From positions 56,648 through 120,647 of the IMG/VR virus record IMGVR_UViG_3300006056_000027: DNA of 64,000 nt. One strand, written 5' to 3'. Both the position numbers and the translations under genes were made by a program. Shown piece after piece: positions 20,165 to 31,033 of the stretch. The notes under the pieces were generated by a model, which had not been told where the DNA came from, ran no database searches, and worked only from the letters and a program-made list of their open reading frames with translations. How positions within the stretch are numbered: the stretch's first letter is position 1; every line of letters starts with the position of its first letter. The DNA comes from a virus. Lineage: Duplodnaviria > Caudoviricetes.

Positions 20165-20768
20165 TTTTATTTAATTCCTGAATAACAATATTGTGTATTG
20201 TTGTTGTGGTGTTATCTAAAATATTTTCACTATTAAACACCTTACCATCTTGTACTAGAATAAAGTATTTTGTATATCTTTCTTCTATCATTGCACTAAT
20301 CTTGTTTTTTGATATTGCAAATATTGTTTTATTCACAACCTCATAATTGACCGCGCCTTCTACGTCATATACACCAAGCACGTTGTATGTGATGTCTTCC
20401 GTATTCATTAAATGTGCTGGATCGTGAGTACCAGATAGAATCATTTCATATGGACTGATATCTACTTCGTTCACTGAAAGACTTCTATTGGAAAAATCTT
20501 TACACATAGCAGCTGGATAAGCTGTGTATTGAGCAGATGTCAGCCATACGTTTGGAGTGTATGTAGCAATCAATTGCACTAAATCTAGTATTGTCATACC
20601 AGACAAGTCGTAGACGTCATCGCTTATAGTAAATTTTATACCATCTATTTCTAGGTTAACATCTGATTCGATATAAATTGCTGGAGCTGTCTTAAATTGT
20701 TTATTGAGTTTTTTAAGGCTTGGTGTTGTTTGTACTAACTTACTGTCGTCTAGATTAATATATTCCAT
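20154..20768 (-). CDS. Hypothetical baseplate-region protein
   Basis: 204-aa ORF in the late block; assigned by position only. Confidence 0.5.
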   Translation of the reverse strand: MEYINLDDSKLVQTTPSLKKLNKQFKTAPAIYIESDVNLEIDGIKFTISDDVYDLSGMTILDLVQLIATYTPNVWLTSAQYTAYPAAMCKDFSNRSLSVNEVDISPYEMILSGTHDPAHLMNTEDITYNVLGVYDVEGAVNYEVVNKTIFAISKNKISAMIEERYTKYFILVQDGKVFNSENILDNTTTTIHNIVIQELNKNDN

Positions 20769-20770
20769 AG

Positions 20771-22234
20771 TTATTCCTGCAGATCTAATTGACTATCTGT
20801 ATATAGATATTGGCCATCATGCGTATAGCAAAGCCTAATCGGTGACACTTTAAAACTTGTAGTTGTTAATAGGCTATCTGGCAATGTTTCTATAAGCTCA
20901 TCATCTGCATCTATAAGTATGTCTCTCCCTAGTCCTACGTTGCTTAAAAAGAATGATGCTGCATTTGACGTAGTTATATACAAGCTGCCATTGTTAATAA
21001 CTATCGTACTAACATCATCGAGAAGCTTATAAGAAGCTATCATATTATTTGTAACGCCACAGAAATAGCTTTCTTCTATATTGCTCATCTCTAATTTAAA
21101 GACATAGGACAGGTTATCTACACGAGGAATGGTAAACTTAAATGAGTTACCATATTGATTAGCATTGATCAGGACTGGGGTAAGCCCAAGTATTCCATCA
21201 GCATCAAAATATTGCTCAATGCCGTTATGAATCATGGACACCTTGTAGGTGTAATCCATTCGCTTAATCATATCATTATTTACAACTAATACAATATCAT
21301 CACCAATTCTTGTTTCTGTATCTGTCACATTTATTAGTTTGTTATTATTAAATGTAGAATTACTAGCCAAGATTTCTGGAACATTAAGATAAGGCTTGGA
21401 TGCATATAGATCTCCTGCTGACAAGAAGTATATATCTAAATGATCTGTAACAAATATTTCTCCATCATCAATTACTCTGTCCATATAGAAGTTGTAAACC
21501 TCTCTGTCGTTACTTGTAACAGAGATGTATCTAAACTCATCTACGGTAAACACTGGTTCGAAGTATGCGCCATCCTTGTCTGTTATTCTTTTAAAATCTA
21601 AATACTTAGACTTGTACGATGCAGTAATACAGTAGTTTGTAATTGTCAGACTTACTTCTGAGTAGATCTTAATGATTGATTTGAATCTATTAATCGTCAT
21701 GTGACTATTGTAGGACTCAAGGTTGATTGTTTCCTTAATTACTTTGCCGTCAATACCTAGTCCAACTAATTGTATTTGTGCCAATGCATCTGGTGGAGTT
21801 ATGTATACGAATGTTTCTTCTGGAAAGATAATTGGTTGAAAAACTTGAGTTACTGAGAATGAACGAATGATGTTTGAGAATGATAATACTGGCTCTAGGT
21901 AACACGCAGAAACTGGATATGAATCTATCCATGCATCTGATAGCTGTCCTATGTTTTCTGCCAGATCCCAAATCAAATCTACTTCTTGTTTAAGCTCTAC
22001 ATATGGCTGTCTGTATAGTCTGCACTTTTTAAAGTCTATCGTCTTGTTTGCATTTATCAAATTTGCAGCAGAACTATAAAACGCTTTTGACTGAGCATCG
22101 CAGATAGATTGATATATTGGTTCGAATATTTTTGCTACATTAGAGTTGTGACTTTGACTAGCAAATGACCACTTAGGGAAATAAGATAGAAATCTGTATA
22201 GTTCTAGATTTGATCTTTGTCTATGCACTGTCAT
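20771..22234 (-). CDS. Putative baseplate wedge protein (gpI/gp7-like position)
   Basis: Directly follows the J-like gene; N-terminal FLSYFPKW resembles wedge-subunit N-termini. Confidence 0.5.
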   Translation of the reverse strand: MTVHRQRSNLELYRFLSYFPKWSFASQSHNSNVAKIFEPIYQSICDAQSKAFYSSAANLINANKTIDFKKCRLYRQPYVELKQEVDLIWDLAENIGQLSDAWIDSYPVSACYLEPVLSFSNIIRSFSVTQVFQPIIFPEETFVYITPPDALAQIQLVGLGIDGKVIKETINLESYNSHMTINRFKSIIKIYSEVSLTITNYCITASYKSKYLDFKRITDKDGAYFEPVFTVDEFRYISVTSNDREVYNFYMDRVIDDGEIFVTDHLDIYFLSAGDLYASKPYLNVPEILASNSTFNNNKLINVTDTETRIGDDIVLVVNNDMIKRMDYTYKVSMIHNGIEQYFDADGILGLTPVLINANQYGNSFKFTIPRVDNLSYVFKLEMSNIEESYFCGVTNNMIASYKLLDDVSTIVINNGSLYITTSNAASFFLSNVGLGRDILIDADDELIETLPDSLLTTTSFKVSPIRLCYTHDGQYLYTDSQLDLQE

Positions 22235-22235
22235 C

Positions 22236-23411
22236 TTAAACCCCTACAAGGATATTGGTTTTTTGTAATAGTAGGTACGACTTATGATCTAAGGTAATAG
22301 ATGTTTGATCGGTTGATACGTATGCAGACAATGCTGTGTCGTATATAGAAAAACTATTAATCTTAATTGATGATCCATATTGATATGTTTCTGATAGGAT
22401 CTGATTTAATGTACCAGTTGTAATAACTTGATTGTCAGAATATCTATAAAAGTCTCTAAATATAAAAGCTATAATGCCTTGCACTGTTGTGTCTGTTAAA
22501 GTTAAAAGAGAGTTTGTTACGTTCATGTGAAGTTCTAATTGCTTGGGCAAGATTACGTCGTATGTAACGCCAGACTGTAAATTAGATTTTAATGCACCAA
22601 TTACATATCGTGCTAAATCTTGGTATGACGTATCAAATCCTACAGTCTTCATTAGAGATGTTAAAAAATACACATTAAAGAAACCAGAACCATTTTCATT
22701 AGACTTAACAACAAATTCTGCCGTACCTGGGATTGATTGTATTAGACTTCCAACAAATTGCTCAGATGTTGTAGAGGTAAGAATCTTTGCTGCCTGTATC
22801 CTGTTTCTATAAGTATCGTCATCAATCTTGTCAACTGTAAATGATACTGGCTTACCAAACTTTAAGCTAATAAAGCTTGTGTATGGATTTGTATAGTTTG
22901 ACATTTCATATATAGAGTCTTGATCAATACTTAGATTGCTTAGGTTTGCAATCGGCTTAATCTTAACAAAGACAGCTACGTCCTGAAACTTATTGGTAAT
23001 AACTACAGATTCTAAGAATAGAACTATATATGATCCATCTATTTCAAATTCTTCACCAGCACTAATGATTTGATTATTAACAATGATATCGTCGAATCCT
23101 AGCGTCTCATTAAGTGGAGAGATAAATACTACGTTATCATCTTTTAATAAATTAACCGCTGGTACAAATGTTCTATAGATGCCATGCTCAGATCCGTTAA
23201 TATCCAATGCGTCACCTGTTGCGGTAGTAGTATAAACTCTTGACAACACTTCACTGATATTTGTATTTGTATTAAAGACCTCTTCTGCAAAGGCATCAGA
23301 TAATAGTTTGATCTTAGAAGAAGACGAAGAGTTATCAATGCCAGTATTAAGATTAATAGAATTGATTAAGTTTACGCTTGTTGTGTTTTTATTAAATTGT
23401 TCAATAGACAT
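22236..23411 (-). CDS. Baseplate J-like wedge protein
   Basis: YTTTATGDALDINGSEHGIYR and DDDTYRNRI match the TAxGxxLD...G..R and ExDxxYRxRI motifs. Confidence 0.85.
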   Translation of the reverse strand: MSIEQFNKNTTSVNLINSINLNTGIDNSSSSSKIKLLSDAFAEEVFNTNTNISEVLSRVYTTTATGDALDINGSEHGIYRTFVPAVNLLKDDNVVFISPLNETLGFDDIIVNNQIISAGEEFEIDGSYIVLFLESVVITNKFQDVAVFVKIKPIANLSNLSIDQDSIYEMSNYTNPYTSFISLKFGKPVSFTVDKIDDDTYRNRIQAAKILTSTTSEQFVGSLIQSIPGTAEFVVKSNENGSGFFNVYFLTSLMKTVGFDTSYQDLARYVIGALKSNLQSGVTYDVILPKQLELHMNVTNSLLTLTDTTVQGIIAFIFRDFYRYSDNQVITTGTLNQILSETYQYGSSIKINSFSIYDTALSAYVSTDQTSITLDHKSYLLLQKTNILVGV

Positions 23412-23814
23412 TTATTATTCCAGATATCATATTTATTGTTGCTGTTATATTAATTTGAGTAGATGTAAAGCCAGACAGGAGTGTTGCTATAGACACCTTA
23501 ATTACCATTGACTGATTTTTAATCAGTGCAATTACTTCTATGCTGTTTCCGTCTAAGAAGCCATCTTCTGTTAATGAATTAGTTATATTTGATACTGCGA
23601 TATCTTCTAATGTGTTTGAAGTTTTGCGACCTATCAATGATGCTAGATCGGCACCGAATGAATTATATAAAGGATAATCATACTTGGCAGATCTAATTCT
23701 ATCTACAGCATTTTGTCTTATAATTTCAGTCTTGTTATGTATTAATTTAATATCCTTATTAGATATCTCTATATCGCCAAAGTCATTAAATTTTATATCT
23801 CTTAATATTTCCAT
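23401..23814 (-). CDS. gp25-like baseplate wedge / sheath initiator
   Basis: GDIEI...DIKLI...RQNAVDRI...YPLYNSFGADLASLIG pattern; immediately upstream of the J-like gene. Confidence 0.8.
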   Translation of the reverse strand: MEILRDIKFNDFGDIEISNKDIKLIHNKTEIIRQNAVDRIRSAKYDYPLYNSFGADLASLIGRKTSNTLEDIAVSNITNSLTEDGFLDGNSIEVIALIKNQSMVIKVSIATLLSGFTSTQINITATINMISGIINVY

Positions 23815-23819
23815 TGTAT

Positions 23820-24131
23820 TTATACCGTAGATAATATCATGCCAGCTAATGCAGCATATGCTATAGCATGTTTTGCTGGTATATCAAATATAAAAGTTGA
23901 TATTGGTGTAACTAGCGTTGAAGGAATACAGCTTGCTGTTAATGGATTGAATTTGAATATTGGCCCAAACCTAATACTGCTTAGCCCAGAACTAATTGAT
24001 ACTGGTCCATTAATGAATGTCCCACCCTGCCTATCTGTTGTTACAGACATTGGGCCTGATGCTATTCTTGCGAATGCCGTTCCTGCTTCTAGGAATGAAG
24101 TGGAATCAATTGAGTCTTTAATAATGCTCAT
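23820..24131 (-). CDS. Small baseplate-region protein (possible spike component)
   Basis: 103 aa with short beta-strand periodicity; lies between hub and gp25-like genes. Confidence 0.45.
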   Translation of the reverse strand: MSIIKDSIDSTSFLEAGTAFARIASGPMSVTTDRQGGTFINGPVSISSGLSSIRFGPIFKFNPLTASCIPSTLVTPISTFIFDIPAKHAIAYAALAGMILSTV

Positions 24132-24811
24132 TTTGCACTAAATGCTCCTATATGTAAATGACATGTTTTAGTTTTAAGTCTGCCTTCTGGTAATCCTGTT
24201 ACCGAATCAAGCGATACCTTTTTAGATATATCTGCCTCTTTATTACCATCTGATACCGATACTTTATTTTGTGTAACATAATCGCCATAAGATATAATCT
24301 TTCCACTAACGCCCAATCCTTCATAGTAGCTTTGATTAAGATCTATAATATCTAGATTCGTATATCCTTTACTCTTGAGGTACTCAATAGCTTCCACACT
24401 CGCCACATCTCCAGTATCGGATATCATTCTGGCTTCTATAATATGTAGTGGTGCTATTGTTCTGGCATGTCCAATTGTCCCAGCTATGTAGGCCATAACT
24501 GGGCGATCATTAATTAACTCTACCTTAACTTCTCTTCCGATAAGCACATTATAATTAAACTTGGATATATCCGTAGACATATCCAATGGTATCAATATTT
24601 CATGAAGCGATACTAATGTTTCGGGCAGATTAAATATGTTACCAAAAAGACCAGTATTGATCTTTACAGTTTCTAGCTCCATATCTATAACATCATCACC
24701 TTTTCTTCTTACGACTGCATATATGCCATATCCTTGTGGAGATATGGACTCTATAATGCCAACCTCGAAAGTTGGCGCGCTATTTACGTTGTATCCGTTT
24801 CCATTCTTCAT
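24128..24811 (-). CDS. Putative baseplate spike OB-fold protein
   Basis: Occupies the usual spike position after the hub. EVGIIESI...IGREVKVELINDRPVMAYI resembles gpV/gp5 N-terminal OB folds. Confidence 0.4.
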   Translation of the reverse strand: MKNGNGYNVNSAPTFEVGIIESISPQGYGIYAVVRRKGDDVIDMELETVKINTGLFGNIFNLPETLVSLHEILIPLDMSTDISKFNYNVLIGREVKVELINDRPVMAYIAGTIGHARTIAPLHIIEARMISDTGDVASVEAIEYLKSKGYTNLDIIDLNQSYYEGLGVSGKIISYGDYVTQNKVSVSDGNKEADISKKVSLDSVTGLPEGRLKTKTCHLHIGAFSAK

Positions 24812-24813
24812 AA

Positions 24814-27800
24814 TTAAATACCAGACTTGCCAGCAGATGTTATTGATACAGTGTTTTTTGCTTCTAAGGCATTATTTAGTTGGTACAGATTTCCGCCAGA
24901 TAATATTTGTCCAACAACATTATCTCTTGCTGTTCTAATTGCGTCCATATTTGTCTCATAGTTTTTAAACTTAGAATCTATATAGCTATTCATTTCAAAT
25001 CCTGAAATACCGCCAAGGTATGGAGATCCATTATTCAGCAATGGAAATAGTCTAACTGGTTCTCTAGTTTGCTCTATTTCTACAATAGTATCATGAACTG
25101 CTATTCCAACAAATGCCACACCAAGCAATAAGAATGAACTAACTGGATTTGTTAATGCAATTGATCCTATTTGCAGACCAGTTCTTAATACTACTCTAGA
25201 GGCTACCTTGCCAACCGTTCCAAAGAATCCACCAGCTTCTATTTTTGTTAGATGAATAGCTGCCTCTACAAGACTTCTAGAGACAGCAGGTATTGCTCTA
25301 ACGAATTTAACTGTAGAGTTTCTAGCGGCATTTGCTAATACTCTTACTGGTCCTGCGTCTGCTGCTAATGCCTCTGCTGGTAATAATGCACCTTGCACAA
25401 AGCTATAAAGCATACGTATAGAGAATGCAGTGAATGCGGCAGGAGCTGCAAATTGCATAGTTCTAGCAGTTAAGCTCTTATCTGAATTCATAATATCTCT
25501 AAGCTGTCTGGACTGTACTAGTCCAAGCATTGAAGATATTGTAGTCATTTTCTTATTATCAAAATATCCACTTTGTGTTTCAAGCTTAATCTTGTTAGAG
25601 ATAAGCGCCCATCCAATACCAAGTTTAGTAAATAGATTTGAGTAGTTATACATAGATGCCTCAGTATAAAGACCTGGAGTTATTACTGTTACGTATCCAT
25701 CATTTTCATTAAAGATATGAGAACATTCTCTAATTTTAATAATACCATTTAATCCTCTGAATGAATCTGCAAGATATGCATAGTCACCAGCTTTCATATT
25801 TGGATTGCCAATAATTACAATCTTGCCTTGATACATCTTCTCCGCTTGATTTTTTAATTCAGCAGTACCATATCTGTAAGCTGTAAACTTATGGTCGCAA
25901 CCATTCATTTCTAACTCCATACTTCTTATAGAGTTATTTTTTAGATTGTCATCTAGCAGCATATTGTAGTATTTGAATCCAGTACCAGTTCTTAAATCGT
26001 CAGCATCTGGATTGTCATCAAAGTATCTAATGTTAATTTTTGTTTTAAATCCAGAACTTATTTTTAACTGATTAGAAATAATATGATTTTCACTTGTTAT
26101 TAAATGAAACTCTGCTGCTGGTTTTAAATCTTTCCATCTTAAAGCTTCTACGTCTTTATCAACTATTTGATATGCTGTTGGCTGATTTGCCTTGTATAGA
26201 TAAACTGGAGGATCTCTAAATATGAAAAGCTGTTCCTTGATTCCGAAGAATAAAGAAGCTCTTTCTTTATAATTCATAACATTCATCCAAGTTCCTGGAT
26301 GTCTATAATTCATTTCCTTAACTACTTCCCAAACTGTAGAATTGAAAATAGGGAAGTTGACTAAAATGCCTCTATCCATTGATACTACCGCACTAACTCT
26401 ATCTCTCCAGCTTCCGTCTAATGAGAAGTGGTTATCTACTGCTTCAATAGAAGGTGAGTAAATGTTTGTAAACACTTCACTATTAGTGTCCCACCAAACT
26501 CCAAACAAGAAGTCGTTCGATGCTTCGCCTCTATCGGTTCCGCCAGTTGTTCCGTTAAGATTGGATTTTGAATTAGCCCCTCTTAGGATTGATCTAGCAT
26601 AAGGATTTCTAGAGTTAACAACATAGTATGTTTGTCCAAAGTGATAGATTTCTTCCGATCTTAATATTTCATTTAGAGTGCCACTGGTAGAAGCATTTAG
26701 AATACCAGATGCTTTACTAATACCTTCTTGGTTGTGAGTAACAGCAATAAGCTCTCTTCCGTATCCCTCTGCAACAATCTCTAATAATGTTTCACCTTCT
26801 ACTTCTGTAATCTCTCCGTTGAATACTGTTTCAAGTTCATTAGGATCATTCGAATACCCAATTCTTACATGCAATCTTGTCCCTGCTGTAAGTCTAACCT
26901 TACCAATCTTATCTCTGTAATCTGCATTGCTATTAAGTTTTGCATAGTCAAATTTTCCTTCAAAGTTCTTTGCTATAGCAGCAGCATCGGTATAGATGGC
27001 TCCTGGATTAGCTACGGTAAATGCCATAACAGCTACTGGATTATCATTGTCAGCAGTTTGAATCCTTACATCGGATATACCGAATACTTCATATAGATTT
27101 GTATCTCTGTTAGGAATAAAAGAAATTCGAGCATACTTATCATCTCTGAGTCCTTCTACCATGTATATTTTAATAGTAGGCACAGCCATATCCAATCCTG
27201 TAGACATGTAGTTGCCAGTTCTTAATGCCCTATATTGAGCTTGATGAGCCTCATTGAATAGATTAATTCCAGATGTTTCCATTCCTTTAAAGGTAAACTT
27301 TCTATCTGTCGTTAAGAATCCAGCAGGCTTTCTTATGTCTGGATTTTTAGCTAGCTCAATTCCGTCTACCACAACTCCACCGTTATCAATAACTGCTTGT
27401 GACTTAGTAGGGATATCATCAAATCCAACTCCATTAGGTAACTTGATTGAGTCTATAGTTGTCAATGAAGGATTACGATTGTTGTTTATGTTTTCTTCTG
27501 GGGCTTGCGATCCAGAATATAAACCTATCTTATCTCGTTGAGCTAGAATGTTTCCTTGGTTATAGAACTTAGCTTTCTCTGGAACCTTTTTAGCAAATAC
27601 TGGTTCTAGTTCTGCAAGGCCACTACGAAGCATTTCATAGTTAAAGTCTACTCCGTTAGAGTCAATGATATTGGCAACATCCCTTGCACCTGAATCGTTT
27701 AGTGCTGGATACTTATAAACCTTAATTGGATACTTAGCGTTATCAAATAATTGTTGCAATCTCATTCTAGCTTCTATGCCAAACTTGCCAGGTTTTCCTG

Positions 27801-30800
27801 AGTAGCTTATTTGCTTTTGATCTAAAGGATCTCTCTTTAAGGTTTCAGGAGTATCTACACCAAACACCCTTACAGTTAATCTTCCGTAGTTATTAATCTT
27901 ATTATTAACTTCTGTAAGAAGACTTACATTAATAATATTCTGAGTCATTGATACAGTGTCACCGTCGGTAATTGATGCACCCTTTCTTAGAATGGTTGCA
28001 TATAATTGAGCGTCTGGTGCTGGCTTAACTCCCTTTGTTACTGCTGGATATTTTGAACCAAGCTTATCTGATGTAACTTTACCATGTGCTGGCGGTGGAA
28101 CATCTGCATCAGATAAGCTAGATATCGCTGCTGGCAATCCAGTTTTTCTTGTAAATAGCGCAGACCATCCTTCAACAAAATTTCTATACGATATTCTGTT
28201 GTTGATATAATTTTGTTCTTTAGATAATCTTTTGTCTCTTCCTTTGATCGGATTATTTGCTGCCATCATTGTTCTAAGAGTTAGTTTGCCGAACTTGATA
28301 GAAGGGTCCGCAATTGTTTCTCTTAGTGCAATATTATTATATCCCTTTAATATTTTTGGCCATGCATAACCTTGTTGGTGCGTCATGTACAAATTAAATG
28401 TTGTTAATGGAAGTCTATTATCTGCCAGAGCCTTCATTACAAAGCTATACCAAAAATTCATAGCTGCATATGTGTTTAACTTAACATCTGCATATTGAGA
28501 AGGGGATGCGCCTATAGCTTTCAATTTATCATCACTAACTTGAAATAATCCTTTGTATAGACCGTTAACTGGATTAATTAATGTTGGATCTAAAGTTCCC
28601 CCTGTTTCTATCTTAGCCATTGCTATAGCCATCTCTGGTGTTATAAGTGGTTTGCTTCCAATTGCCTTTGCGTTTAAGAAGTTGTACGAATTAACGGCAG
28701 CAATAATTTGCTCCACAACTGTTTGCTGTTTACCAGATAAGGCTAATTGGGCTCCTACGGATACAGCTCCAAGGATTTGTTGCGTAGCGTTATTTGCGCC
28801 TTCAGTTAAGGCTTTAGATCTTACAACTAAAGAATCTATATATCCGTCTGTCATGTTTTCCATGTTGACAGAAGATTTAAGTATGTCTTTTGTAGACTTA
28901 TCCGCAAACTGATACGCAGCATTAAATGACGATGCGTCCACATATATGTTTTGATGAATAAAAAAGAACGGAGAAAATCTTTTACCGTCACCTTCTCCAA
29001 GATAAGACATTTTCTTTGCAGAATTTAATTGTCCTTTTGCTGCAACTAATGAGCTAAATATTCCTAGGTCTTGAATTGCTTCTGCATCAATCTCTTTAAT
29101 CTCTGTTTTAATAATGGATTGTTGCAATGAATCCAATATTTTTGCTGCAACGTTTCCATACTGTTGTTGCTTTTGATCTTTTGAATAATTCTGTAAGTTT
29201 AAAAATCTAGTAACAACATTGTCCATAGTATGAATTAGGGTTTGATATTCATCATGTCTCTCATCTACCTTTTTCTCTTCTACTAATTTTGCAATGTAAT
29301 CGTACAGCTTAATACTTTTTCTTAAATCATCTCCATAAACCTTAGAGAACGTAGCTGGTTCTTTGCCATGTACTCTTTCATAATAAATCTCAGCACCAAC
29401 AAACGCCTTCATTAGGATAGCTTCTATGCTGGCGTCCGAATCTAAGAATGATTTAACTTGAGTGGATAGAGCATTAATATATGTTTTTGTTTTATTTAGT
29501 ATTGGCTTTAATGTAGGATGACTTTCTAATTGCGCATTTGCAACAGCCTTTGCCCTTGCTTCAACTTCTGCAATATAGTTGCTTCCCGTTTTTAACAGCT
29601 TATCTGCTACGTCTTTATTACCATTTAACACCTTACCTTCTGGAGTAACAAACTGATAAGAATGATGTTCCTTTTCTAAGAAAGCTTCTGTAACTGACTT
29701 GATAACTTTAATCATAGTTAAAACATCGAAGTCGTAATCCTTAACGCCAGCAGGTTTAAGTTTATTCTTGCCGATAAGTTTGGTTAGATCAGATTCAACA
29801 AATGATAGGCTAGCAATTTGAAGGCCTTGATCTTCTGCTGATTCAAATGATGTTTCTGAATCAAGAACAAAGTAATGAGAGTCCGCCAACAAAGTTAGAA
29901 GATTTCTTATACGCAATGACTTGAATGGAAGTATCTTATTCGTAGCAACAACCTGAAGTCTTTCTGCTTCTCTAAGCATGTTGGTTAATATTTCATATGG
30001 CTTAGGTGCGTCATCGTTGTATGACAGGTTTGAGTTGTTGATAGACAGGTCAATCTTTAATTGCGCTGGTGACTTACCAAGATATTGCACAAATGGAAAG
30101 TCGTACATTTGCATTGTTTGAATAGCAATCGTATTGCGCTTAGTAATGCTTACAGATCTAACTTCATATGCTGAGTGTCCACTAATCTCATTGATTCCAT
30201 CCAAAATATTAATATCTTGATAGACAAGCCAGAAGTTTCCAGAAGCATTTTCTATATCTGTCGCTGCATCGTAATATGTGTTAACAAATGTAAGCTCTTT
30301 AAAGTCTTGATCTGTAAATCCAGAACTGAAAACGTTATTTTCTAAGATTTCTTTGGGCTTGTCATCAAACTGAGGAGATGCTTGCATCATTAATGGTCTA
30401 CCAAATGTAAGTGAGGTAGTGTTGAATTTAGCCATTAATGTATTGAATTTCTTAGTACAGTTTTTATTATCAGCAGCAAAGTAGTCTGCAAACACATTTG
30501 ATTCTTCTAATGAGTCTACTGTTTTTAATACGAAATCCTTCAACTCGATTGGAGCATTCTTAGCTCTTGGAGTTTTACTTGCTTCTTTATGCTCATCGTA
30601 GGCTAGGAAAGACCATGATTTGACATATGGTATATGACTAAAATAATACATATCAAATGTTAAAAAGATAACCTTCTTCACGTTTGAGTCTATTTTCATA
30701 GTCCATTCTTTTATAGCAAATGCAGTATACTCATTTGTTTTGGTTCCTATAGGCGTTATAAATTGATTCAATCTATTTGATTTAATCCAAACGAATGGAT

Positions 30801-31032
30801 ACTTTCTTAATTCAACAGAAAGCTTAATTAGATTATTCACATCAATTTGACTATTAAGATCAAAGGCTATGGTAACGCTATACGTCGCCACAGCACTGTT
30901 TGATGAATATGCATATGTAGAATTTTCTCTAATGAACGTACTGACATCAACAAACTTCTGATTGAATGCTTGGATATCTGTTGGGTTCACTCTAAGAGTA
31001 ATATCATTAATAATGAATTGTTCTGTTGACAT
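24814..31032 (-). CDS. Giant baseplate hub-like protein fused to lytic transglycosylase and thermonuclease (SNase) domains
   Basis: SLT: AMAKIETGG...YKGLFQ...YMTHQQG. SNase: TDGDT...VRVFGVDTPET...DSGAR...NYEMLRSGLA...AQRDKIGLY. Hub-like: GTRLHVRIGY...VFNGEITEV...IVAEGYGREL and GKIVIIGNPNMKAGD. Hydrophobic C-terminal helices. Confidence 0.8.
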   Translation of the reverse strand: MSTEQFIINDITLRVNPTDIQAFNQKFVDVSTFIRENSTYAYSSNSAVATYSVTIAFDLNSQIDVNNLIKLSVELRKYPFVWIKSNRLNQFITPIGTKTNEYTAFAIKEWTMKIDSNVKKVIFLTFDMYYFSHIPYVKSWSFLAYDEHKEASKTPRAKNAPIELKDFVLKTVDSLEESNVFADYFAADNKNCTKKFNTLMAKFNTTSLTFGRPLMMQASPQFDDKPKEILENNVFSSGFTDQDFKELTFVNTYYDAATDIENASGNFWLVYQDINILDGINEISGHSAYEVRSVSITKRNTIAIQTMQMYDFPFVQYLGKSPAQLKIDLSINNSNLSYNDDAPKPYEILTNMLREAERLQVVATNKILPFKSLRIRNLLTLLADSHYFVLDSETSFESAEDQGLQIASLSFVESDLTKLIGKNKLKPAGVKDYDFDVLTMIKVIKSVTEAFLEKEHHSYQFVTPEGKVLNGNKDVADKLLKTGSNYIAEVEARAKAVANAQLESHPTLKPILNKTKTYINALSTQVKSFLDSDASIEAILMKAFVGAEIYYERVHGKEPATFSKVYGDDLRKSIKLYDYIAKLVEEKKVDERHDEYQTLIHTMDNVVTRFLNLQNYSKDQKQQQYGNVAAKILDSLQQSIIKTEIKEIDAEAIQDLGIFSSLVAAKGQLNSAKKMSYLGEGDGKRFSPFFFIHQNIYVDASSFNAAYQFADKSTKDILKSSVNMENMTDGYIDSLVVRSKALTEGANNATQQILGAVSVGAQLALSGKQQTVVEQIIAAVNSYNFLNAKAIGSKPLITPEMAIAMAKIETGGTLDPTLINPVNGLYKGLFQVSDDKLKAIGASPSQYADVKLNTYAAMNFWYSFVMKALADNRLPLTTFNLYMTHQQGYAWPKILKGYNNIALRETIADPSIKFGKLTLRTMMAANNPIKGRDKRLSKEQNYINNRISYRNFVEGWSALFTRKTGLPAAISSLSDADVPPPAHGKVTSDKLGSKYPAVTKGVKPAPDAQLYATILRKGASITDGDTVSMTQNIINVSLLTEVNNKINNYGRLTVRVFGVDTPETLKRDPLDQKQISYSGKPGKFGIEARMRLQQLFDNAKYPIKVYKYPALNDSGARDVANIIDSNGVDFNYEMLRSGLAELEPVFAKKVPEKAKFYNQGNILAQRDKIGLYSGSQAPEENINNNRNPSLTTIDSIKLPNGVGFDDIPTKSQAVIDNGGVVVDGIELAKNPDIRKPAGFLTTDRKFTFKGMETSGINLFNEAHQAQYRALRTGNYMSTGLDMAVPTIKIYMVEGLRDDKYARISFIPNRDTNLYEVFGISDVRIQTADNDNPVAVMAFTVANPGAIYTDAAAIAKNFEGKFDYAKLNSNADYRDKIGKVRLTAGTRLHVRIGYSNDPNELETVFNGEITEVEGETLLEIVAEGYGRELIAVTHNQEGISKASGILNASTSGTLNEILRSEEIYHFGQTYYVVNSRNPYARSILRGANSKSNLNGTTGGTDRGEASNDFLFGVWWDTNSEVFTNIYSPSIEAVDNHFSLDGSWRDRVSAVVSMDRGILVNFPIFNSTVWEVVKEMNYRHPGTWMNVMNYKERASLFFGIKEQLFIFRDPPVYLYKANQPTAYQIVDKDVEALRWKDLKPAAEFHLITSENHIISNQLKISSGFKTKINIRYFDDNPDADDLRTGTGFKYYNMLLDDNLKNNSIRSMELEMNGCDHKFTAYRYGTAELKNQAEKMYQGKIVIIGNPNMKAGDYAYLADSFRGLNGIIKIRECSHIFNENDGYVTVITPGLYTEASMYNYSNLFTKLGIGWALISNKIKLETQSGYFDNKKMTTISSMLGLVQSRQLRDIMNSDKSLTARTMQFAAPAAFTAFSIRMLYSFVQGALLPAEALAADAGPVRVLANAARNSTVKFVRAIPAVSRSLVEAAIHLTKIEAGGFFGTVGKVASRVVLRTGLQIGSIALTNPVSSFLLLGVAFVGIAVHDTIVEIEQTREPVRLFPLLNNGSPYLGGISGFEMNSYIDSKFKNYETNMDAIRTARDNVVGQILSGGNLYQLNNALEAKNTVSITSAGKSGI

Positions 31033-31033
31033 A

